Assembly: GCF_000485595.1 (NCBI RefSeq)
Contig: NW_014577072.1
Location: forward strand, 678,593 to 698,592
Direction: 5' to 3'
Length of the DNA stretch: 20,000 nt
Source of the DNA: Priapulus caudatus
Taxonomy: Eukaryota
Shown here in pieces: positions 10,975-20,000 of the stretch. A program made the translations under genes and the position numbers. The notes beneath the pieces are model-generated. The model was not told the origin of the DNA. It saw nothing but the letters and a program-made list of their open reading frames with translations, and did not search any database. Position 1 is the first letter of the stretch. Each line of letters opens with the position of its first letter.

Positions 10975-11500
10975 CGCTCTCTGTTTCTTTCTTTCTTCTT
11001 CTTCTTCTTCTTCTTCTTCGTCTTCTTCTTCTTCTTTTTTCTCTCCCTCTCTCTCTCTCTCTGTTTCTTTCTATCATCTTCCCTTCTCTTTCTCGCTCGC
11101 TCTTGCTCTCATTCGTTTTTCATTTCAATCACACCTTCTCGATCGTTTCTCATGCACTCTATCTCTCACTCCCTCTCCGTATCCCTCCCGCATCGCCCGT
11201 TTCTCCGGACGGTCTATCCTTCTCTCTACCTCCGCCCCCTACTTGCCATCGCCTCTTTTCCTATCCCCATCCTCTGTTTATATTTTATCTCTATCTCTTC
11301 CCGTCGCTCCTACTCTCTTTCGCGCCCTTGCCTTCTCTCCTCGCTTCTCCCCCTTTATCCCTTTGCTTGTTCTCTGTCTCTTTTCCACTGGTTATCTCCG
11401 GTCCCCCCCCCCGGAGGAGACTCCGCTATCTCTGGCGCGCTTTCTTTTTTGCCTCCTTTACCTCTCGCTCTGCCTCTCCCTTTCGCGTTCCGCAAATCTT
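10975..11500. repeat. Polypyrimidine low-complexity tract including (CTT)n and (CT)n
   Basis: (CTT)n at ~10990-11035, (CT)n at ~11041-11062, then strongly C/T-biased sequence. Confidence 0.9.
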
Positions 11501-11613
11501 TCCTGTGTCGGAAACGTGGAGATCTGGATGTAAGCCATTTGCGATCGATGTGGTGTTGGCTATTCAATGTTCGTTACGTCTAATCACGATGCCTACCTTG
11601 TAAAACGTGGTCG

Positions 11614-11747
11614 TGTTGGGCGTATCAGTTCGGCAGTTCCCGGAGAGCCTCGGGTAGGCTGAGGATAGGGGATATGCAGGAGTGGAAAAGTTGTAAATGG
11701 ACGGCGTGGATTCGGTGAATAAAGAATGTGGTGCACGGCCGACAACA
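11614..11747 (+). repeat. 5' LTR (134 bp)
   Basis: tgttgggcgtatcagttcggc...aataaagaatgtggtgcacggccgacaaca; direct repeat of 16653-16828. Confidence 0.96.
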
Positions 11748-11761
11748 TGGTGTCAGATGGG
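11748..11761 (+). promoter_or_regulatory. Primer binding site, tRNA-Leu-type
   Basis: TGGTGTCAGA immediately after the 5' LTR. It matches the complement of the tRNA-Leu(CAA) 3' end as I recall it (TGGTGTCAGAAGTGGG), lacking the internal AG. Confidence 0.8.
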
Positions 11762-11896
11762 TACGAACATTTCATGAGCATCGTCGACGCATGAACCGCT
11801 ATCACACTCGTGATATAAACAGTGCACGGCATTTGAAAGAGATTTGGCTCCGGTGAGTGGAAAAGCGCGGGTGCAACGAACAAGATCTATTTCATT

Positions 11897-12632
11897 ATGG
11901 CTCATCCTAAAAGACCTGAACTGAATCTAGGGGGGAGCATGTCAGAGAATTTAAAAAACTTTTACGATTACTGCATACAAGCGGGTTACAGAGACTTGGA
12001 AAAAGACCAGGTCACAGAGCAAGCAGCGCATTAGTACATTACAAGAACATAGTACATTACAAGGACATAGACCTTCTCAGCGATACTAGTTGACAACGAA
12101 CAGAAGCCATGGATATGGATGGAGCATTTACGTAGTCACTATGCGGGCTTAACTGGTAGTTGTCTTATGGCCGACAGATTTAAATTTTGGAATTCTAGTC
12201 AGGGCACCCACGAAACTGTACAGAACTGGGAAGTAAAGGTAAGGCAAGGAGGCTCATTATGCGAGTACAAAGCACTCGGTGACGTCATGTGCCGCGACAA
12301 ATTCGTCTTTGATCTCAACCAGGAGTCAATGCGATCAGAACTGTTGAAATCTCACCTGAAACCGCAGAATACTCCCAAATCTATGCTAGATGTAATATCA
12401 GAGGCCAAGATCATTGAGTCTGCACAAAAGGCCAACAAGCTAATCGGCGACGCCTCTAAACATATTGAGGAACAAGTGAATTGCACCAGTCACCGACAAA
12501 TGCGATTAAAACGAACGGGGCACCTGCCACTGGTGTGGTGATACCCGTGGTCCTCACGCGTGGAAGATATGCCCGGCAAACGGCCAAACTTGTACAAAGT
12601 GTGGAGGAAATGATCACTTTGCTAAGGTATGC
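11897..12632 (+). pseudogene. gag: Disrupted gag with two zinc knuckles
   Basis: ATG at 11897 (MAHPKRPELNLGGSMSENLKNF..YDYCIQAGYRDLEKD) and ORF 12119-12541. After a frameshift near 12515, CHWCGDTRGPHAWKIC and CTKCGGNDHFAKVC (12525-12632) read in frame with pol. Confidence 0.88.
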
Positions 12633-15600
12633 ATGGAATTTGCACATATGTTACAGGAGAGACAACCCAGCAGGGGTCAAGGTCGGGGCCGTGGTGACAA
12701 ATTTAGAGGTCGCTGGGGTGAGGATACCCGTGGTCGAGGTCAAGGCAACAACAGATTCAATAGAGACCGCGACCAAAATGCATTTACCAAACGAGATGTG
12801 CATCAACTTCATGGTGCAAATGAACAGTACACGGACACGTCCGAGCAGTATAGCGATGAGTACCAGGAACAGGCGTATGCACTCGAAGCACAAGTGCACA
12901 ACGTCACAGTACAGCCAGCAATCAAACGGTATTTCGTAAACCTCCAGATGTCCAGCACAGGGTCAAACTTCACTCCAGTCAAGTTTCCAATTGACACGGC
13001 AGCGACATGTAACACAATATCAGACAAAACTCTAGCAACACTACAGCCAAGATCCGACATATTGCACTCGCCATATTTGTTGTATCCATATGGAAATTCA
13101 AAACCAATACGGCCCGTGGGACAGGCAGAACTGCTATGTGAAAGACGAGACAAATTCGAAACACTTGTGTTTAAAGCTTTACCCGATGAGGTAATGGGAG
13201 ACAAGCCAGCACTACTATCTGGGAAGGACCTCGAAACCCTTGGCCTGATTACAATACAAACTAATAAGTATTTTCCCTGTCGAACACAGTACTTAACAGC
13301 TCTCTCCGATAGACAGCACAATGATTTACCAGGGTACAAACTTCACCCTCCAAGGCAACAAGAAGACATTGCATGCGAGTCAGAATTACAGTTGGCTCAA
13401 TCAGCTCTCCTATGCAACCATGTGGAGCAGAGCAACAACCACACTACTCTACAGTGCATGCCTGCGCCAGCACCATCAGCCCAAATCAAGATACCAGCGA
13501 ACAGAGTTCTACCCCCGCCCGGGCAGCTACACAAGGAGCAGATACTACAACAATATCAAAAAAACTTTAACGGTCTAGGCTGCTTGCGACCGCCTGTGTC
13601 TTTTAAGGTCAATGAAAAAGTAACACCCGTTCAAATGCCAGTCCACAGAATCCCAGTGTCAAAGAGAGAGAGAAAAAAAACGGCTATTGATCGCTACGTT
13701 CAAGCCGGAATTATGGCAAAAGTTGATGAACCTACGTCATGGTGCTCAAATGAACTGATCAGAGAAACACCGGAGAAGTTTCGGATATGCATTGACCCTA
13801 GTCAAACTGTAAACAAGCCCATTAGGAGACCAATCCATCAAATGCCGACACTCAACGAGCAGCTCCACAAGCTCCACAACGCTAAATGTTTCTCCATTGC
13901 TGCCGTTCGAGATGGGTTTCTGCATATACCACTCGACGATAAATCATCCTGGATGACGACCATGCACACATCGTACGGCCGGTACAGATGGCTTCGTCTA
14001 CCATTCGGGATAAACAGCGCGCCTGATGAGTTCCAAGTAAGGCTACATACCGCCCTTGGGGGGCTAGAAGGAACCATTTGGGCAGCGGATCACATCCTTA
14101 TTTACGGGGAGGGCTACACTTATGAAGAAGCCGAAAAACACCATTCATGATCGTCGCTTTATCGCGCTCATGAAACGGTGCTTACAAAAGAACATTAAGC
14201 TAAACGCAGGAAAATTGCAGTTCAAACTGCGTAAGGTAAAGTTCATGGGCAATGTAATTACCGACCAAGACATGAAAGCCGACCCAGACAAAATTCTCGC
14301 GACCACGCAAATGCCAGCTCCTCGTAACAAAGCATGACTACTGAGATTTATCGGGATGATCAACTATCTAGCTCCATACTGCAAGAACCTTAGTGCTACA
14401 ATCCATCCACTCCGAATGCTCACTCGAGATGGTGTTGCATTCACGTGGTCAACAACACAAGAACAGGCATTCAACGCTACAAAGAAGCTTATCACCTGTG
14501 CCCCTGTGCTGGCATACTACGATCTAGGAAAACCGGTAGTTCTTCAAGTCGACGCTAGTGATGAAGGACTGCGTGGAGCACTACTCCAACCTGACGATGA
14601 CGACAAACTCCGACCGGTAGCGTTCACATCGTGCAGCATGAGCTCAACAGAGCAGCGATTCTTACAAATAAAAAAAGAATGTTTGGCGATATGCAACGGG
14701 TTTCATAAGTTTGACCAGTGGCTGTATGGCAAATCAGACATTGAGGTTCGAACAGACCACCAGCCACTAGAGACTATATTGAAAAGCCCCTTAACAAGGC
14801 ACTAGCCAGACTCCAGAAAATGATCATGCGCCTGCAAAGGTACACATTCAATGCACTCTTTAAAAAGGGCACATCGCTTTATTTGGCCGACACACTGTCG
14901 CGTGCTGCTTTACCTACACCAGTATGTGCCAAGGTAACAGGATTTGAAATTTTTCGTCTAGAGATGGAAAAGGGACTGGAAGAATGAAATACCCATCTTC
15001 AAGAAGAGACCGAGTCACAACTGCGTGTAGAAACTGGCAAAGATCCTGTCCTGTACGATGCCAAAGATCAGATCTGTACGATGTCATTACTCGGGGTGGC
15101 CAAAAGAAAGCTCCAATTTCACAAGAACGCTGCGACCATACTGGAGCTACAAGGACTACTCACTATTCACAACGGCACAATTTACAAAGGGCCCCTTGTT
15201 TTGGTGCCTCTGTCAATGCAAGCAGAGATTCTTGAGAAAATTCACATAAACCATTTTGGAGCCGAGTCCAACACACGCATGGCGCGATAGGTTCTATTTT
15301 GGCCGGGAATGAAGAAATCAATTCAAGACATGTGCGACTCCTGTGGCATATGCGCACAATATGGTCAGACGGGCCCCAAAGAACCTATGAAATCTTTGTC
15401 AATATACCCACACTGCCGTGGCAGATGCTTAGCCAGGACTTGTTCACATACAATCATCAGAACTACCTAGTGACTGTCTGTCATTTCTCTGACTGGATCG
15501 AGGTAGATTTACTACCAGACACGCAAGATTTGCAAGATTTGGGATTTCCAAAATCTGCCACACCGATAATGGGCCACAGTTTGTCAGCAAGGAGTACAGA

Positions 15601-16436
15601 GATTTTGCAACGAAATATAGATTACATACAACGTCATCTCCGTACTACGCAAAGGGAAACCGAAGAGCACAAGCTGCTGTAAAAGTGTGCAAATCAATGC
15701 TAAAAAAAGTTTTGACTGTGCCTTACTAAATTACAGGAACACACCACCAAAGGGACACACATACTCACCGACTCAGCGCATGCTCTACAGGCGCACTGGC
15801 ACGCTACTACCAACGTCAGACGCACTGCTCAGTCCAAGGACAATTGATATCGACACTGCTCTACAAGAGATTAGAGCCAAACGATGCAGCAGTAAACAAC
15901 ACTATGACAAGTCTGCTACTCAGGCCCATGATGAAGTAGAGATCGGCTCATTCGTATATGCGAAACCACCGCCACATTGCAGAGGTAAACCATGGTAATA
16001 CGGCAATGTTGTACAGAAAGACAGTCACAGATCGTACACGGTGGATACGCATGGCAGTACGATAAGGAGGAACAGAATACATGTTATACCAGCCGCACCG
16101 CCACCATATACGAGTGCCAGCTCGATGACAACGATTGTGCCATCAAACACCCCTGCGATTTTCTCATCAGGAGGAGGACAAATTGCTAGAAGGGCCGCCA
16201 CTACTCCTGGATTGGTGGACATCCCATGCAGGGTGCAGACTAGCACCCCAGATATAATAGCAAGTGCAGACGCACCAAGTACCTGTGATGAGGAGACAAA
16301 CCAACTCCAAAGCCCAACGGACTTGGTGCGGCCAGAAATACCCATCATGCCGCGCAACCGGGGTACTACAAGAACGCGCAATATCAAGCTACCAGCCAAA
16401 TACAGAGACTTTGTGGTCGGTTTGCCTGGACAGTGA
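12633..16436 (+). pseudogene. pol: Disrupted pol: aspartic protease, reverse transcriptase, RNase H, integrase
   Basis: Protease FPIDTAATCN (~12984-13013); RT FRICIDP...YGRYRWLRLPFGINSAPDEFQ...AADHILIYG; RNase H LQVDAS...ECLAI...TDHQPLETI (~14540-14780); integrase HINH...CDSCGIC, SQDLF, TDNGPQF; C-terminal TRTRNIKLPAKYRDFV. Stops at 14335 and 15288 and several frameshifts. Confidence 0.95.
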
Positions 16437-16629
16437 ACTGTCGTGTGGGGAAGAGAAACATGCTGGTTTCAAATCGACACTATATGGACTGTAAAACATT
16501 TACAATCGTGATCAGTTATAGACTGTTTCAGTTGTGTTGAATGTCTTTCTGTACATGTGCAACAAACGTTTATTGTGTTAGTGCCAAAGTCAATGTGCCA
16601 GAAAATGGTTTTATTTCAATTTTGTTTAC

Positions 16630-16652
16630 GGAAAAAAAGGAAGGAGGAGAGA
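16630..16652 (+). promoter_or_regulatory. Polypurine tract
   Basis: GGAAAAAAAGGAAGGAGGAGAGA directly before the 3' LTR. Confidence 0.93.
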
Positions 16653-16828
16653 TGTTGGGCGTATTAGTTCGGCAGTACCCGGAGAGCCTCAGGTAGGCTG
16701 AGGATAGGGGATACGCAGGAGTGGAAGTGGTTGTAAATGGACGGCGTGGATTCAGTGAATAAAGAATTGTAGCATTGTTATATATAGGCTTTCTCTGGTG
16801 TCATATATGTCGTGCACGGCCGACAACA
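16653..16828 (+). repeat. 3' LTR (176 bp)
   Basis: Direct repeat of the 5' LTR with an extra 41 bp (16767-16807) after AATAAAGAA. Confidence 0.96.
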
Positions 16829-17946
16829 GTCGCCCACCCATATTCTTAATAATAGTAAATGGAAAAATAATGCGTAAGCCCTTAATACCATATATAGAAG
16901 CAGTTATTCATTATTTTTTAAATAGCAGAGGATATAAGGGATGGAAAGATAAAATCATGTGCTATATCATTTTTACTGCGTATTCCAAGCAGCGTGAACG
17001 AAAAAATTGCGTTTAAACCTACTTGCACGCGATTCAAACGTATAATCAATATACTTTAGATCACTTCAAACTCTAAAAAAGTCTCACGAAAGCGAAACAT
17101 CGTTCGCTATAGCTTGTTGCCGCTGCACGTAAAAAAGCAGAAATAGCAATAGACAGCTGACGGATGTCTAGAGCCATGCTATACAACAAGCGCACGTTGA
17201 CTGTCTGCAATGTACAGTGTGACACCAATCAGTTGATGGAACCTAGTTTATTGCAACAGACGTGTGACAATCACTCGAGAAACGTGCTAATCCTAAACGA
17301 TATCAACCGCTCCGTATATTCCAGCAAAGTACAGCATCGTCAACTATCTCCGTTTCAAGCTAGAAAATTCGATTTTCGGGTAAAAAAAACTCTTCGACTT
17401 GAGATATTACTCTTCTAATTACTATGAGCCGTCTTATTTCGAGAAGTTTCGATTGTTTGCTTCTTCCGCGGTCGATTTTGTGACAGTTGATTCGCCGAGC
17501 TGGCATGTCGGTCTGGGAAAATTCGTCAATTCAATAAATCCGGCGCTGTGTTTGTCAGATACTTGAGAGAAGATTGTTACGTATGCATGTTGAAAGTAAA
17601 GATTTATTCAATCGCGAGAAAATTAATCAACATCGCTCCTCGCTCTGGTTTAATTGGGTGCAATCTTCACCTTATTGTTTTGCGTCGTCTGTAGGGCGCA
17701 GCCGTCCGATAGTCGTGCGTACCGTAGGGACTTTTTTATTCATCATTACGCGTCGGTCTGTCAAAATCAGCGAAGATTCCGCGGTGCAAAGTTCAGCCTA
17801 AGGTCGATTCGTTCTTTGTTAATCCTTCCTTCGCACGGAGACTGCGCGATAGGCGCACGCACGGCTCCGTCAGAATGATTTACATCTATATGCGCTTGTT
17901 ACACTCGCCACTAGAGGAGCCTAGTCCGATGTTAACCGCTATGCGA

Positions 17947-18163
17947 AATGCAGCCGGCTGAAAGGGGTGATAGGATATGTTTACTAGGCACTTCTAATTT
18001 TAACATATATTTTAAATTTAATTAGGGTCAGGGTTAGGGTTAGGGTTAGGGTTAGGGCACTTTTTAGGGTTTTTGCATCATTCTTTAATATATCGTAAAA
18101 TATATGTTAAAATTAGAAGTGCCTAGTAAACATATCCTATCACCCCTTTCAGCCGGCTGCATT
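17947..18163. mobile_element. 217-bp inverted-repeat element with perfect 68-bp arms and a telomere-repeat core
   Basis: 17947-18014 is the exact reverse complement of 18096-18163. The spacer holds TTAGGG-TCAGGG-(TTAGGG)4 at 18022-18057. No clear TSD. Confidence 0.85.
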
Positions 18164-18319
18164 AGAAATAGCGCAGATACGCGGGAACGCGATTGAGAAC
18201 GCCAGCTATCGGCGGATAATACGCTAATAAATGACTTATAACCGTTTCCTAGAGAATAAGACTTTCCTTTCGCATACAACGGGATGCGAGCTAAGATATC
18301 TGCAAGTACTATAGTCGTA

Positions 18320-18610
18320 TTACGTTCATAACAGGCGACGAGATGTGTACAAATGTCATGTTTATAGTAAGAGACGAGTAATACTAAGATCTTACGTTCA
18401 TAACAAGAGACGGGTTGTACTAAAATGTTACGTTCGTGACAAACGGATAGTTGTAATTACACCTGACGTTATAACAGGAGACGAGATGTATTCGAATGTT
18501 ACGTTTATGACAAGAGGCGAACTGTATTCAAATTTCATGTTCATGCAGGACACAAAATCCATTCACAGGACACGTGTCGTCTATGACAAGCGACAAGCTG
18601 TATTCAAATG
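18320..18610. repeat. Degenerate 36-bp minisatellite (~6 full units plus partial units)
   Basis: Units such as ttacgttcataacaggcgacgagatgtgtacaaatg, ttacgttcataacaagagacgggttgtactaaaatg and ttacgtttatgacaagaggcgaactgtattcaaatt. Confidence 0.85.
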
Positions 18611-19937
18611 CAACTTGTCTGACTTGGAATAATATAAGCGCCAAAGAAAGAGACAACACCATGAAACCATGCGGTTGATAATCAGATCTTTCGTACTTGG
18701 TCTTTCCAACGATATTTTACTCAGGTAAAAAAAGTCAATACACATCTCGACCGATGTATTCATCAGGTATATACATGCCTTTTATATAGGCCATATACAC
18801 ACACGATTGTATTAGTGTGATTAATATAAATAAATGATATTAGCGCTCTGTTAGAGTGACGCTCATGCAAAACACACCGCCTACAGGCCGCCCTTCAATA
18901 TGCTCTAATGCGATAATAAAATATCCAACGGGCGTTTGGAACGTTCCTTCATTGGAGTTCAGCGTAAATTGGTGCGACGTGCCGGCAGGTTGGCAAACTA
19001 GCTCCTATCGTAAAATGGCGCCGCGCGTTCACCTGGTTGTGTCAAGAACTTGTCCATTACGAAGGTTTTACGATTGCTTCTCGTGCATCTTTTATCAGTC
19101 GTAAGCATAGGGTCGCTTTTTAATCAGAAGATTAAATATTAACGGATCATGGAAATGAGCATCAAGTGAATGTTTCATGAACGAATGAACTGCAGCGAAC
19201 ACGCGTGTTGTATAACATGTCTCGTTAATTATTCGCGATCAAACCTAAATTAGCCCTGGCTGTCAGAGTTTACATTTATATGGCCATGTTCGCGCGAGAC
19301 CCGATCGCTATATGGACTAGAAGCGGCAGTCTGTATATTGATGAGTCACACGCGCACGTGTATGCTCATGATGCGAGTGATGGATAAGACAGTTTCAGCT
19401 CTCCGTCTGCTTGGCCTCTTTTCATGTCTCGTTCGGCTCCATTCTTCTGATAATTTCGTGTCCTTTAGAGAAATCTATTTCGCTCACCGACAACGCAAGC
19501 TCGGTCTTTGATATCAATTTCGGTTTAGGTAAACAGCTTTCGCGTACGATATCGCTCGGCTGCATACTGTGCATTCACGACGAGACGCTCTGCTCGACTG
19601 TGTCGCCAGCACAGGATGCGAGCGTTGTGCGCATGCGAGTCTGTGTGTCTTTCTGCTGGGTTACTATCTCGCATCGCTTACTTGAAATCAGCCCATTTCC
19701 GCACAGCGCACTAAGCTCGCGCATCTCTTCCGTCGGCTGCTCAACGCTGCTATATCTTTGTTACCATCGGAAGCCATCGATTGCAGTAGCAATTCAACAA
19801 AAAAAACTAGCAAGCATCGAGCGAGGCAGTGAGCAGTGAACAACACGTCACGTGGACATTGCTGTCGTTATTAACGACTTCTCTTTTACAATCCCTCTCG
19901 CTCTCGTATTTTCTCCCTCTCACCCTCTTCCACGTAC

Positions 19938-19940
<3 letters not shown>

Positions 19941-20000
<60 letters not shown>
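19941..20000. repeat. (CT)n microsatellite
   Basis: Pure CT run to the window end. Confidence 0.98.

Larger units (their letters stand above)
11614..16828 (+). mobile_element. Full-length degenerate Ty3/Gypsy LTR retrotransposon (Mag-like), 5215 bp
   Basis: Paired LTRs TGTTG...CAACA; 4-bp TSD GTCG (11610-11613, 16829-16832); primer binding site; polypurine tract; domain order gag-PR-RT-RH-IN. The Mag-like call rests on short LTRs, fused gag-pol with two zinc knuckles and the tRNA-Leu-type PBS. Confidence 0.96.

Noticed and set aside
10874..11603. ORFs over the CT-rich tract (poly-R; Leu/Ser/Pro-rich)
   Set aside because: Low-complexity artefacts of a polypyrimidine tract.
16041..16436. Separate env-like or accessory ORF after the integrase
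   Set aside because: No signal or transmembrane segment, and it ends in a motif typical of the Gypsy pol C-terminus; it is the frameshifted tail of pol.
18320..18610. CRISPR-like array (36-bp period)
   Set aside because: The units are contiguous and degenerate with no unique spacers; the context is eukaryotic and there are no cas genes.
19411..19839. 142-aa ORF and its antisense frame
   Set aside because: Non-ATG start and no recognisable domain; the antisense frame I translated has internal stops and no recognisable motif.

Overview
Gene-poor, repeat-rich eukaryotic DNA, probably an invertebrate animal (inferred from abundant CpG, a Mag-like Gypsy element and TTAGGG inside a repeat). I recognise no host protein-coding gene. 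The main feature is a full-length but dead Ty3/Gypsy LTR retrotransposon (11614-16828) with a GTCG target-site duplication (TSD), a tRNA-Leu-type primer binding site, a polypurine tract and a disrupted fused gag-pol. There are four small non-autonomous inverted-repeat elements: an 82-bp element with an 8-bp TSD, a 407-bp spacerless foldback, a 282-bp PIF/Harbinger-type MITE with a TTA TSD, and a 217-bp element with a telomere-repeat core. There is also a ~1-kb LTR-like segment with a tRNA-like Pol III A/B-box at one end, a 36-bp minisatellite and many microsatellites. The apparent 2.3-kb tandem duplication around the 25-N gap (2711-5054 vs 5080-7457) is most likely an assembly artefact. Nearly all ORFs outside the retrotransposon are repeat or shadow artefacts. 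I found no firmly supported new biological system; the best leads are the LTR-like segment with Pol III boxes, the TTAGGG-core foldback element, and recurrent templated-duplication scars in the dead retroelement. All alignments were done by eye.
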